Below, piece by piece: positions 1 through 9,959 of a DNA stretch of 46,348 nt (position 1 is the first letter of the stretch; each line of letters begins with the position of its first letter). Made by a program: the position numbers and the translations under genes. Source of the DNA: Selaginella moellendorffii (taxonomy: Eukaryota; Plantae; Lycopodiophyta). The stretch spans positions 1 to 46,348 of the forward strand of contig NW_003314414.1 of NCBI RefSeq assembly GCF_000143415.4, given 5' to 3'. The notes below the pieces were generated by a model. That model was not told the DNA's origin, ran no database searches, and saw nothing but the letters and a program-made list of their open reading frames with translations.

Positions 1-345
1 TGCCACGATTGTGAAACAAGAGGTTCGTTCGTAGTCAGATGAATCAATCAGACACAGAATGCGAGACTCAAATTTCGGTTGTTGCAGGGAAATGTTTCGG
101 AGCCGGAAGCTTTTGTAAAGCAACTTCAGAACGATGGTCGATATTTGAGAGACGTGTGGTGACTCCAGACAGTGCCAAATGGACCTTTGGAGCGCTTGTA
201 AAGAGCGGGATATCAATCAGTCGGTCAGTCGGTCAGTCAGAGGCAAGACTAGATTTTTGTAGATCAGCGTAACCATTTATTCCAGAAGATTTTCGAAGAA
301 ATCCTCTGATTCTGTGATACATAAAATTCAGCATTCGATTGGTTC

Positions 346-890
346 TCAGCCCACTCGAAACGAGTCTTGAATCCTTCGAAGTACCGGCGCATGTTTTCGC
401 CACTGCAGTCCTGCAACCAGGAAATCATCTCACAAACTTATCGAATCGGAATTTACGAAGATCTCACCATTTGCATTGACGGACATGAGGTAAAGCCTGT
501 TCCCAGCAGCAGTCGCAGTGATGAGTATGTGCGGCTCAACTTCGTATTGATAGTAAGTTCTTCCTTCGTATTTCTTCACCTCCATATCTTTGACAGCCCC
601 TTCAACGTTTTTGCCTGTGATTTCCGGCCCAAATGCATAGATCACCTTGTCAGGCGCGCCGATCTCTTCAATCGTCGCATTATCAGCAATTGCTAGATCA
701 TATACAAAAAAATATTTAAAAATGCATGGTAATAAATTTTAAAAAAACTTTAAAAGAAAGAAAAAGAAACCGACTTACTGTCTGAAAATCGCTTCACTGG
801 AGCAACAACTATAGCGATATTCCCTTCTTCAGTGCTTGAAAATCTGAGGTCAATCTCCGTTCCACCCAAATCAGCAATGGAAACTGGAAC
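346..890 (-). pseudogene. PPD5: 3' part (3 exons: 890-779, 692-468, 410-346) of a PsbP-domain thylakoid lumen protein gene (PPD5-like); 5' exons absent from the window, replaced by a Penelope-like element
   Basis: Splicing at GT..AG gives VPVSIADLGGTEIDLRFSS..VVAPVKRFSD-TIADNATIEEIGAPDKVIYAFGPEITG..YYQYEVEPHILITATAAGNRLYL..G-LQWRKH..SFRVG*, recognised as the plant PPD5 C-terminal half. Intron phases are consistent. Confidence 0.8.
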
Positions 891-893
891 CTG

Positions 894-1837
894 CGAACAA
901 CTACGCCAAGGTTTTTGTCGGCTGGTTTAATCACAATACTATGATCGTGTCGCAGCGCAAGGACTGCATCACGTCTCCATCCTCTTAGAAAAGATCGAGG
1001 TCTTTTACAACAGGAAAGACGTTGGAGAAGGTGCTCTCGAATGCGGGCAACTCGTGACTCCATGTGCCAGGAAGCAGGGGGAGGATCAAAGTTTGGGTTG
1101 GGAACCCGAAACTCTGGTATAAGACTGTTGCTGTCCTTAAACGAATGACGAAGACGGACTGAGCGTTGAAAGTCATCTAAGCATTCCATAATCTTTTTGG
1201 CCGTGAGAGGCACTGGATTAGGAATGAATGAGAGCCCAAGAGCAAGGAGGCCCTTTTCAGCGGCACTCAACATGCGAGAAGACAAATTGTGAACAGCACC
1301 AATCTCCACTCTATTTTCTAGCTGGGAAACTTTTTGATTGCCGGCAAAATGAAGTAAAGCTTCATGCGGGGCAATCAAAGGTAGCCAGAAACTTTTGCCT
1401 TGCCTTTTCTGTCCACAGGCACTGCCGTAACTGGAGAGTGCGGGCGTTGCTGTGGAGGCGAGTTTCTTCCCAAGCCATAGCGTTGGGTTCGTTCGTGGAG
1501 TGGGGTGTTGTTGTGGTGCTGTGAGGGCTGCATCCCTTGTCCTCTGGGAGGTGAAGGTGGTTTCTGGTTCTGAGTTGGCTGGCGTTGTTGGGCTGCTGGA
1601 GGAGGTCGTGGTGTAGTCTGGCGCCCTCGGCCGCTTGGCCAGTTCGGTTGGGACCGTGGGGGTCGACCGTTTCCTCGAGACTGGCGTTGGCCACCTCTGC
1701 CAGTCATGGCTGGCTGGGAACCAAGCACGGTTGGAGATTGCCGGTGCAAGGGACCCCTTGAAGAAAAACCCGGGGCATCGGAATGGGTGGGAGGAGTCCC
1801 AGTAACCACATTCCGCCCCTGCTCGTTTCCCTGCCAT
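894..1837 (-). pseudogene. N-terminal fragment of the Penelope-like reverse transcriptase ORF, truncated just after the DKG/DKN motif
   Basis: VHNLSSRMLSAAEKGLLALGLSFIP..FQRSVRLRHSF..IVIKPADKNLGVVV is the PLE pre-RT region. The frame then runs into PPD5 sequence. Confidence 0.8.
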
Positions 1838-3768
1838 CCATGGGTAACGTCACGTTCACCACTGGGGAGAGAAACCTTGCGTGTCTTTGAAGAGCCTGCT
1901 TCACGTATGTGGAGTGAGGTATCCGTCCTTTGCTGTCGTTTGCCTTGTGATCTGGTGCCTCTGCCAGCATCTTCGTGGTGTTGTCTCGGAATTCCACGCT
2001 CCCTCTCCTTCCACATCTTGTCAAAGCAGCTCTGGACAAGCATCTTAACAGTGTCTTCCTTGGGCAGTGTCTCCGCCTTGGCTCGTGCAGCATCCTCTGC
2101 AGCTTCCCTTTGCTTGCGAGCATTTTCCTTTTTGCTCTCCTCAACTCCATATGCCACTGCTCCAATTGCAGTCGCACGTTGGTATTCAGCTATCAACTGA
2201 TGCTTGCGGGCATTGAGAGTATGTGTGACAGCCTCTCGTTGTGCATTGCCACAAGCCTGCAAAGCACAGTGAACAAAATCATCCATTCGATCATTAAAAC
2301 GTTGAGAGAGTCCATGGTTGATGAGATCCGCAAGGGTAGCAGCCTCAGCCTCTCGTGCCTTGAGCAGAGAATCAAGAAGGTCCTTCAAGTATTGTTCGTG
2401 GATTGCTTTGATGCTGGTATCAAGAAGTTCCTGACCGTGAGAGGTCACCTCAAGCTTTGGCATACGAATGCGAAGGTCTTGAGGGAACTGCTTTTTATCA
2501 CGGAGCTGAGTCAATCTCTTCACAGCCTTGTGAGCTTGATTTAGAGACTTGAGCTCGTTCATGAATTCCTTGATCGAGCATTCAAGGATGGCAGAAAGAG
2601 CCTCATCAAGCCTACCAAGTCCCTCAGTCGAGGAGCTAGTGAGGGCATTGCCAGGGGCAAGGAAAGGTGGCAACTGCTGTGGAAGAGTGTTTCCAGTAGC
2701 AGAAATGCCAGCACTATTCTGCAACACTGTGAAGAGGTCTACCAATCCAGAGAATGGAGTAGATGATGGCACAGCTGGGGATGAAAAAGGTGGTGGGATT
2801 GAAGTTGTTGATGAAAAGAGTGTTGGTAAAGTTGAGGCCATGGAGAAAGGTGGTGTGGTGGAGAAGGTTAATGGAACAGGAGGCGAGATGGAGAAAGTTG
2901 GTGGAGTATGAGGTGTTGTAGCAAAGAGAGGAGGGCTAGTTGTCGATGGAGTAGGTGTATGGATGGTTGTAGTTGTGAGCACAGAGGTACATGCAAGCGT
3001 AGACATGGGTGTATATGCTGGTGCATGTGGTGAGAGTGAGTTTGTTGTAGGCACAGCCATAGGGGATGTAGAGGTGGTCACAGGTGGCACAACGGATCTC
3101 CTAGGCGGCATAGTTGCTACTGGGGCAGTTGCTGGAGACAGAGTGGGCTGCATATCTGTCACTGATGCTACAGTGGACCATGTAGCCGTTGACAGTGGTG
3201 CTGAGACAGGTCGTGAAGCCAAGTGTCGTTCAGCCAAGTGTCGTTCCTCTGTAAGTGCCAGTTCCCTCAAGAATTCAGGAGAAGCTGGAGGAGACTCGGT
3301 CGTGAGTGCATATACTGACGTTTGAGGTGGTAGAGTGCGTGGTAGTGGTGTTGGAACTGACGTTTGAGGTGGTAGAGTGCGTGGTAGTGGTGTTGGAACT
3401 GACGTTTGAGGTGGTAGAGTGCGTGGTAGTGGTGTTGGAACTGACGTTTGAACTGGTAGAGTGCGTGGTAGTGGTGTTGGAACTGACGTTTGAGGTGGTA
3501 GAGTGCGTGGTAGTGGTGTTGGAACTGGTGCAGAGCAGGACGTTTGTATGGTAGTAAGCATTGTAATTGGTATGGAAGACAGCGTTGTATTTGGTGTGGA
3601 GGAAGAAGATGGTATGATACGAGATGAAAGTGTAAATCCGTGAATAGGGGCTGATCCATGAATGGAATTGGATGGTGGAGGATTTGGTGTTTGACGAGAT
3701 GATGAAGCGATGTGAGGAGGTGATGGAGGAGCATTTGCCATAAGAGGAAGAGAACACTGGTCATGCAT
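1375..3768 (-). CDS. PLE ORF1-like protein, 797 aa (S/T/P-rich N-terminus with 14-aa repeats, central coiled-coil, basic C-terminus)
   Basis: Long ATG-initiated ORF upstream of and overlapping the RT ORF; coiled-coil ORF1s are typical of EN-deficient PLEs. Confidence 0.65.
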   Translation of the reverse strand: MHDQCSLPLMANAPPSPPHIASSSRQTPNPPPSNSIHGSAPIHGFTLSSRIIPSSSSTPNTTLSSIPITMLTTIQTSCSAPVPTPLPRTLPPQTSVPTPLPRTLPVQTSVPTPLPRTLPPQTSVPTPLPRTLPPQTSVPTPLPRTLPPQTSVYALTTESPPASPEFLRELALTEERHLAERHLASRPVSAPLSTATWSTVASVTDMQPTLSPATAPVATMPPRRSVVPPVTTSTSPMAVPTTNSLSPHAPAYTPMSTLACTSVLTTTTIHTPTPSTTSPPLFATTPHTPPTFSISPPVPLTFSTTPPFSMASTLPTLFSSTTSIPPPFSSPAVPSSTPFSGLVDLFTVLQNSAGISATGNTLPQQLPPFLAPGNALTSSSTEGLGRLDEALSAILECSIKEFMNELKSLNQAHKAVKRLTQLRDKKQFPQDLRIRMPKLEVTSHGQELLDTSIKAIHEQYLKDLLDSLLKAREAEAATLADLINHGLSQRFNDRMDDFVHCALQACGNAQREAVTHTLNARKHQLIAEYQRATAIGAVAYGVEESKKENARKQREAAEDAARAKAETLPKEDTVKMLVQSCFDKMWKERERGIPRQHHEDAGRGTRSQGKRQQRTDTSLHIREAGSSKTRKVSLPSGERDVTHGWQGNEQGRNVVTGTPPTHSDAPGFSSRGPLHRQSPTVLGSQPAMTGRGGQRQSRGNGRPPRSQPNWPSGRGRQTTPRPPPAAQQRQPTQNQKPPSPPRGQGMQPSQHHNNTPLHERTQRYGLGRNSPPQQRPHSPVTAVPVDRKGKAKVSGYL
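3315..3524. repeat. 5 x 42-bp tandem repeat encoding TSVPTPLPRTLPPQ
   Basis: Unit ctgacgtttgaggtggtagagtgcgtggtagtggtgttggaa starts at 3315, 3357, 3399, 3441 and 3483. Confidence 0.95.
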
Positions 3769-3881
3769 TACTCCAGAAGTTGCAGCTGTGTCTTCAATCT
3801 CAATCGGTCCTGGACCAGAGTCCCGGATGAAGTATGAGCGAACGTCCCGGTGAGAGAAATTCGGCCACAGTCCACGATGAA

Positions 3882-3910
3882 CCTAAACCCTAAACCCTAA
3901 ACCCTAAACC
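3882..3910 (+). repeat. Short (CCCTAAA)n telomeric tract
   Basis: About 4 units seen directly. Confidence 0.9.
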
Positions 3911-4260
3911 GGTGGAGTCACCTTGGAGGCGAGTGACCCATGAGCGACGCCGGGTCATCGTGCTCGAGTTGGACCGCTTGGCTGCGACGACGTCGAGCTA
4001 GATCGACATGGTGTTCGTCTGGCTTGGCATCATTGTGATCGAGTGGAGGAGTGGCGAGGCGAAGCAGGTGGCTTCAAGCTCCGCGGTGGAGTCACCTAGG
4101 AGGCGGACGGCCCAAGAGCAGCGCCGGGCGTTCGCGCTCATAGTTTCACGAGTTTCTTCGAGAGTGCGCTCTCAATGTAGTTTTGATCCCTTTGGGATTG
4201 GGGTAATGTACATATATGTTTAGCGATCTCGCCGGATTGCAACACCACGGGGTGTCTTTG

Positions 4261-4358
4261 ACCCTAAACGCCTAAACGCGCCTAAACCCTAAACCCTAAA
4301 ACCCTAAACCCTAAACCCTAAACCTAAACCCCTAAACCCTAAACCCTAAACCCTAAAC
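4261..4358 (+). repeat. Degenerate (CCCTAAA)n telomeric tract
   Basis: Seen directly; it is the end of the first copy of the direct repeat starting gcgatctcgccggattgcaac. Confidence 0.95.
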
Positions 4359-4370
4359 AGGGTAGACACT

Positions 4371-4428
4371 AGACGACTACACCCGGCTGATGAGTCCCAA
4401 AAAGGACGAAACCGGTCTCGGGTTGTCT
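4371..4428 (+). ncRNA. Minimal type I hammerhead ribozyme
   Basis: Core CTGATGA (4387-4393), stem II GTCC-caaaaa-GGAC, GAAA, palindromic mini stem III ACCGGT, cleavage triplet GTC (after 4417). Stem I is CCCGG/TCGGG, extended by AGACGAC/GTTGTCT. Confidence 0.9.
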
Positions 4429-4586
4429 CTTGTCCTCTCCCTCGCTCACGAATGAATGAAAATTCATTCCCTCGCCTCCTCTACTTGCTCTCGATCACGC
4501 CGTTTCGACAACGGCACACAGAGAATGTGGATTGCACAAAGTGGTGCCGCGATCTCGCCGGATTGCAACACCACGGGGTGTCTTTG

Positions 4587-4675
4587 ACCCTAAACGCCTA
4601 AACGCGCCTAAATCCTAAACCCTAAACCCTAAACCCTAAACCCTAACCCCTAAACCCTAAACCCTAAACCCTAAA
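4587..4675 (+). repeat. (CCCTAAA)n telomeric tract abutting the 26S target-site repeat
   Basis: Seen directly; joins ctagtccgac at 4676. Confidence 0.95.
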
Positions 4676-4762
4676 CTAGTCCGACTTTGTGAAATGACTT
4701 GAGAGGTGTAGTCTAGTCCGACTTTGTGAAATGACTTGAGAGGTGTTCTAGTCCGACTTTGT
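4676..4762 (+). repeat. Reiterated 26S rDNA target sequence (36+35+16 bp)
   Basis: (t)ctagtccgactttgtgaaatgacttgagaggtgt(ag) x2 plus tctagtccgactttgt; same arrangement as 37770-37857. Confidence 0.95.
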
Positions 4763-5477
4763 TAAACGGGGCTTTTTATTTTCCAGCAAAAAACCAAAAA
4801 ACTGGGCATGGTTTCGTTTGGCACAAAACCAGCAAAGAGCCTTTATCTAGAGGAGCCTACAATGGAAGTACCTACAGAAAGGGGGGTTGCTCGTGAACTG
4901 GCGCCCGAAGGTCTTCCTAGATGCGTCACCTGGAACCATTCATCCGGCGGTGTCCACATCGATTCCCGAGTACCTGCCTCCCCTTGCTTCCACAAGAAAT
5001 GCCAGATCTGCGCTTCTTTTTTTGCTCTTTCTGGGCCATTTCTCCCTCCTCTTTTTTCCAGTTGTAGGACACGGGCTGCTGCTGCAGTTATCATTCTAGT
5101 CCACACCCGTGACGCCACCACCCTTGGTCCTTCTTCCCTGTCATTAAAGATTCTGTTGCACCGGGCTTTCCATACTTCCCACATTGTAATTCCTCGCAGT
5201 AGGTCCACTATCTCTGTTGGGATTCCTTCTATGTCTGTTCGAGTTGTGTTAAGCTGGTCAAACCGCGGTGCCCCTTCTTCTCTTGATGTCCATTTCCAAG
5301 AGTCTGTTCCATTTCGCATTCCTGCGGCAGCTTCGCCCCATACTACCGCTTCATACGTGAGGCACACTTGTCTCTGGGAGTGTTGTTGCAGCAACCAGCA
5401 CGTGCTTCTCCACACGTCTTGTGCGCTTTCACATTCCCATAATATATGCCTTTGTGTCTCCCTCGCTCCACATTTGT
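4763..5477 (-). mobile_element. LINE copy A: 3'-terminal fragment of the 26S-specific L1/Tx1-like element
   Basis: Near-identical to 37858-~38570 (ORF2 C-terminus and 3' UTR). Confidence 0.95.
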
Positions 5478-5514
5478 GCTCTCTACCTCCTCAGCTGTTA
5501 CCTGATTAAGGTTA

Positions 5515-5735
5515 GGGGGGCCCCGTGCTCCCCCGAGAACACATGACGCAAGTGCCGTCCCCCGGGGCCGATGCTGCCCCGGGGGCGCGGTTTGGAAATC
5601 CAATTTCGAACGGTCGAGGAGATAAATCCTTTGCAGATGACTTAAATAGGGGATGGGGTACTGTAAGTGGCAGAGTAGCCTTGCTGCTACGATCCGCTGA
5701 GGTTCATCCCTCTGTCCCACCGATTTGTCCCACCC
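5515..5735 (+). rRNA. 26S (LSU) rRNA 3'-terminal fragment (boundaries approximate)
   Basis: AAATCCTTTGCAGAtGACTTAAATA..TGTAAGTGGCAGAGTAGCCTTGCTGCTACGATCC is the conserved LSU 3' end. Confidence 0.85.
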
Positions 5736-5819
5736 ACCGAAGGAATAAAACCGAGGGGTACGGCTTTTCCTAGCCCGACAGACCTGGGCAACACGGGCTT
5801 GGGCTCAGGCTCGAGCGCG

Positions 5820-6690
5820 TGGGGTGAAGTGCTTGACTCCCTGGGGTGAAGTGCTTGTCTCCCTGGGGTGTGGTAGGCCGCAAGCACTGGAAGGATGCGA
5901 GTGGGGGATGCGAGTGTTGGGCAGCCGAGGCTAGACCTTGGGTGCCCAGCTCCACACCCCCAGCTGGACTTCCAGTGCATGTGCGGGCTGCTGCTGGGCT
6001 CCTCCCCGCGTGCACCATGTCGGGGTCGGACTCGGGCTCCATCTCGGACTCGGGTTCCGGCTCGGACATGGACACGTGGGGGTGAAAGCCCAAAGCGCTT
6101 GTCTCCCTGGGGCGTGGTAGGCCGCGAGCACCGGAAGGATAGTGGGGGATGCGAGTGTTGGGCAGCTGAGGTCAGACCTCGGGTGCCCGGCTCCACACCC
6201 CCAGCTGGACTTCCAGTGCATGTGTGGGCTGCTGCTGGGCTCCTCCCCGCGTGCACCATGTCGGGGTCGGACTCGGGTTCCGGCTCGGACATGGACACGT
6301 GGGGGTGAAAGCCCAAAGCGCTTGTCTCCCTGGGGCGTGGTAGGCCGCGAGCACCGGAAGGATAGTGGGGGATGCGAGTGTTGGGCAGCCGAGGTCAGAC
6401 CTCGGGTGCCCGGCTCCACACCCCCTGCTGGACTTCCAGTGCATGTGCGGGCTGCTGCTGGGCTCCTCCCCGCGTGCACCATGTCGGGGTCGGACTCGGG
6501 CTCCATCTCGGACTCGGGTTCCGGCTCGGACATGGACACGTGGGGGTGAAAGCCCAAAGCGCTTGTCTCCCTGGGGCGTGGTAGGCTGCGAGCTCTGGAA
6601 GGATAGTGGGGGATGGGAGTGTGGGCAGCCGAGGTCAGACCTCGGGTGCGCGGCTCCACACCCCCTGCTGGACTTCCAGGGCATGCGCAG
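5820..6690 (+). repeat. IGS subrepeats (~4 x 223-241 bp), each with a promoter-like (spacer promoter) copy
   Basis: gggggtgaaagcccaaagcgcttgtctccc at ~6078, 6301 and 6542 resembles the 9361-9437 promoter region; an 18-bp indel distinguishes the units. Confidence 0.85.
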
Positions 6691-7075
6691 GCTCCTGCCT
6701 GCTTGGACTTGGGCTTGAAGTCAGGCTCGAGCACGTACTCGGGCTTTTGCTTGGGCTTGCGTTTGGACTTGGCTCCTGCTCACGCTCAAGCTTGAACGCG
6801 GACTGGGACAAATAGCCAAAAGCTGTTGTCCCAGAAAGAGGAGGGACTTTCTTACCTGTAGGATGATGGGTGGGGAGTGGAGGCTGTGTACCCCACATTT
6901 CGCAGCGCGCGTTTTGGGCCCCAAAACGCGGTCTTCGTGAATTGTTGGGGAGGTACCACATGTCCCGCGGGCGTGCTTTTTGGCGCCCAAAAAGAACACG
7001 GGATTGTGGAGGTACGCTGCAGCTTTGGATCAGCTGCCCCACACTATAAGAGTAGGGGGAGTGTGAAATATTTTA

Positions 7076-7193
7076 GAGTGGGTTCAAACCGTGACTATGG
7101 CACTGGATCCCATCAGACCTCCAAAGTTAAGCGTCCTTGGGCTTGAATAGTACTGGGCTGGGTGACCACCCGGGAAGTCCAAGTGACCCCCTC
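7076..7193 (+). rRNA. 5S rRNA gene linked inside the 35S IGS
   Basis: GGATCCCATCAGA..AGTTAAGCGT..AGTACTGGGCTGGGTGACCACCCGGGAAGTCC; helix I pairs (GAGTGGGTTC/GACCCCCTC); TATAAG about 30 bp upstream; oligo-T downstream. Confidence 0.9.
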
Positions 7194-7204
7194 TTTTTTT
7201 TTTT
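7194..7204 (+). terminator. Pol III oligo-T terminator of 5S
   Basis: T run immediately after the 5S 3' end. Confidence 0.8.
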
Positions 7205-7684
7205 CCTTACAAGTCATTTATTTTTGTAAGATCGCTGTTTTAATATATAAACTTTGAGTATTTTTCCATAGCATATAAGTGTATGGTCCTTAAATACTAC
7301 TTACAATTGTCAATGTAAGGTGTATTTGCCAAATTGTGCCATTAGTTAGTTATTAACTAGGATATAAGTCACAAAGAATGTGTTGTGACTGTCACCACGT
7401 GGCATGGCAAGCAAGTCCAAACATATGTATTTCACATGGCATACAAGGACACTAAACTCCAACTATGAGAACAAGCCAAAGGGCATGCCACGTGTCAATG
7501 TGACACATTGAAAACCATAAAACTCACCAAAGCAAATGCCACGTGTCAATGTGGCACACATTGAAAACCATAAAACTCTGAGCATAAACCAAAGTGCATG
7601 CCATGTGTCCATGTGGCAAACATTGAAAACCATAAAACTCTATGAGATCAAACCAAAGGCCATGCCACGTGTCAAAAAAAAACT

Positions 7685-8412
7685 CGGATATATCCAGGGC
7701 CAGACACATCCGGGGCCCGGCATATCGGGTGCCTGACATGTCCGGGGCCGGACATATCGGGTGCCGGACATGTCCGGGGCCGGACATGTCCAGGTGCCCG
7801 ACATGTCCGGGGCCGGACATGTCCAGGTGCCCGACATGTCCGGGGCCGGACATGTCCAGGTGCCCGACATGTCCGGGGCCCGATATATCTGGGGCCGGAC
7901 ATATCGGGTGCCCGACATGTCCAGGGGCCCGAGATGTCCAGGGCCGGACATGTCTGGGGCCCGATATATCTCGGGCCGGACATATCGGGTGCCCTGACAT
8001 ATCCGGGGCCCGACATATCGGGTGCCCGACATGTCCGGTGCCCGACATATCGGGGCCGGACATGTCCGGGGCCCGACATGTCCGGGGCCCGACATATCGG
8101 GTGCCCGAGATGTCCGGGGCCCGAGATGTCCAGGGCCGGACATGTCTGGGGCCCGATATATCTCGGGCCGGACATATCGGGTGCCCTGACATATTCGGGG
8201 CCCGACATATCGGGTGCCCGACATGTCTGGGGCCCGACATATCGGGTGCCCGACATGTCCGGGGCTGGACATGTCCGAGGCCCAACATATCGGGTGCCCG
8301 ACATGTCCAGGGCCCGAGATGTCCGGGGCCGGACATCTCGGGTGCCCGACATGTCCGGGGCCCGACATATCGGGGCCCAGACATGTCCGGGGCCCGACAT
8401 ATCCAGGGCCTG
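7685..8412. repeat. GC-rich IGS minisatellite of ~16-bp quasi-palindromic units (ggggcccgacatgtcc / gggtgcccgacatatc)
   Basis: Seen directly; it produces spurious ORFs in all frames. Confidence 0.9.
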
Positions 8413-8459
8413 AGGTATGCCACATGGCATACAAGTGCAGAAGAGGTACCTTCCAATGT

Positions 8460-8890
8460 TATGTCACGTGGCATGCAACCTCAAAGATGCCACCTCTCCA
8501 AGGGTTTGTCACATGGCATGCAACCTCCAAGATGCCACCTTTCCAAGGGTTTGCCACGTGGCATCCATAGGTACCACCTCTCCAAGGGTTTGCCACGTGG
8601 CATCCATAGGTACCACTCTCCAAGGGTTTGTCACGTGGCATGCAACCTCCAAGATGCACCTTTCCAAGGGTTTGCCACGTGGCATCCATAGGTACCCCCT
8701 CTCCAAGGGTTTGTCATGTGGCATGCAACCTCCAAGATGCTACCTTTCCAAGGGTTTGCCACGTGGCATCCATAGGTACCACCTCTCCAAGGATTTGTCA
8801 CGTGGCATGCAACCTCCAAGATGCCACCTCTCCAAGGGTTTGCCACGTGGCATGCTATAAGTACATAAAAGTATGCCACGTGGCATGCCA
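8460..8890. repeat. IGS repeat of alternating ~37/46-bp units with the TGCCACGTGGCA palindrome
   Basis: ctccaagggtttgccacgtggcatccataggtacc alternates with tttgtcacgtggcatgcaacctccaagatgccac. Confidence 0.9.
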
Positions 8891-9360
8891 CCTCATCCAA
8901 ACCATCCGTCTGAATGCCACCTTCTAAAAGGTATAGCTCATGGCATATAAATTGCTCAAAATGTATGCCACATGGCAAACCCTACCCTACCCTAAACCCT
9001 AAACCCTACGCTTGCAGTGTGCCATCTTTAGAGCACGTGGAATAACACGTGGCGATATAAGTTACTACGAAAAAAAACAACTCAAAAACATCCAACTTTA
9101 GCCGAAATATGAGTTGGCAACACTACATTTACTTCCATGACACCAAGCTCGAAATATGTCACGTGACTCTTACCTTGAAAAACCACTAAAAACGGCACAT
9201 GTTACATGGCATGAACAGTGTGCCACGTGTCATCCGCTCCTAGGAGTCGTCTCATGACACTCAAAAAAAAAAAGTAAGAAAAAATGACCACTTTTTCATT
9301 GTTGATGTTGCAGAAGTCGCAGCACTTCTAGATTCTAAGCCTGAACACTAATACATGTTG

Positions 9361-9437
9361 TGGGGTGAAAGCCCAAAGCGTGTGTCTCCCAGGGGGGGGG
9401 GGCTGTGGGGGGTTCCAAAAGTATAGTAGGGATAGTG
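9361..9437 (+). promoter_or_regulatory. Putative RNA polymerase I promoter / transcription initiation site (TATAGTAGGG, +1 near 9428)
   Basis: Resembles the plant TIS consensus TATATAGGG; lies downstream of an AT-rich tract and IGS repeats and upstream of the ETS; duplicated in the IGS subrepeats. Confidence 0.65.
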
Positions 9438-9959
9438 TGGGTGTTGGAGGTCGGGTAGCCGAGGTGGAGTCCGAGTTGAACTCGGAGTCCGAGTCCGGGT
9501 CCGAATCCGGGCGAGCGAGTGCTCTTCACGTGGTATACTGCGTGCGGGGCGAGCTCAAAGTGGGCTTTGGCTTCTGGCTTTGGCTCGTGGCTCTGCTTTT
9601 GCTACCTGCAACATCACACTCCCTGCTCGCCACCACAATGCGCATTGGGACGGGTCCTGGTGAAAGCCGGGAGACTCGGATCTTTGCGTGCGGTGGTGGT
9701 GGGCTGGCTGGCAGTTAATCCTCCTGATGTGGGGTGGTGTGTGCCTTTGGTAGAGGGCTGCACACCTATTGCTGTGGTGCAACACATGTGCTTGTGACGG
9801 GTCCTGGCCAATGCTCCGGCAGAACCGGGAGACTCGGACGACCAACATGTGTGGTGCGCCACAGCTCGGGCTAGCCTCTCGCTTTTGTGTGTGTTTTGGG
9901 GCAGTGGGGTGTTCGCACCCCCTCCCAAGCACACACCCCTTGCTGTGCTGTAACCGTTG

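Larger units (their letters stand above)
894..4675 (-). mobile_element. Truncated telomere-associated Penelope-like retroelement (probably endonuclease-deficient type)
   Basis: ORF1 plus the start of an RT ORF with PLE N-terminal motifs, a minimal hammerhead ribozyme, a direct repeat (4223-4358 ~ 4548-4675) and interspersed (CCCTAAA)n tracts. Confidence 0.8.

Noticed and set aside
7076-7193. Cassandra or 5S-derived SINE
   Set aside because: Full-length 5S with TATA and terminator, and no LTR ends or TSD.
5687-8978. Many 100-350-aa ORFs in all frames
   Set aside because: They lie over GC-rich IGS tandem repeats that lack stop codons; the translations are repetitive with no domain.
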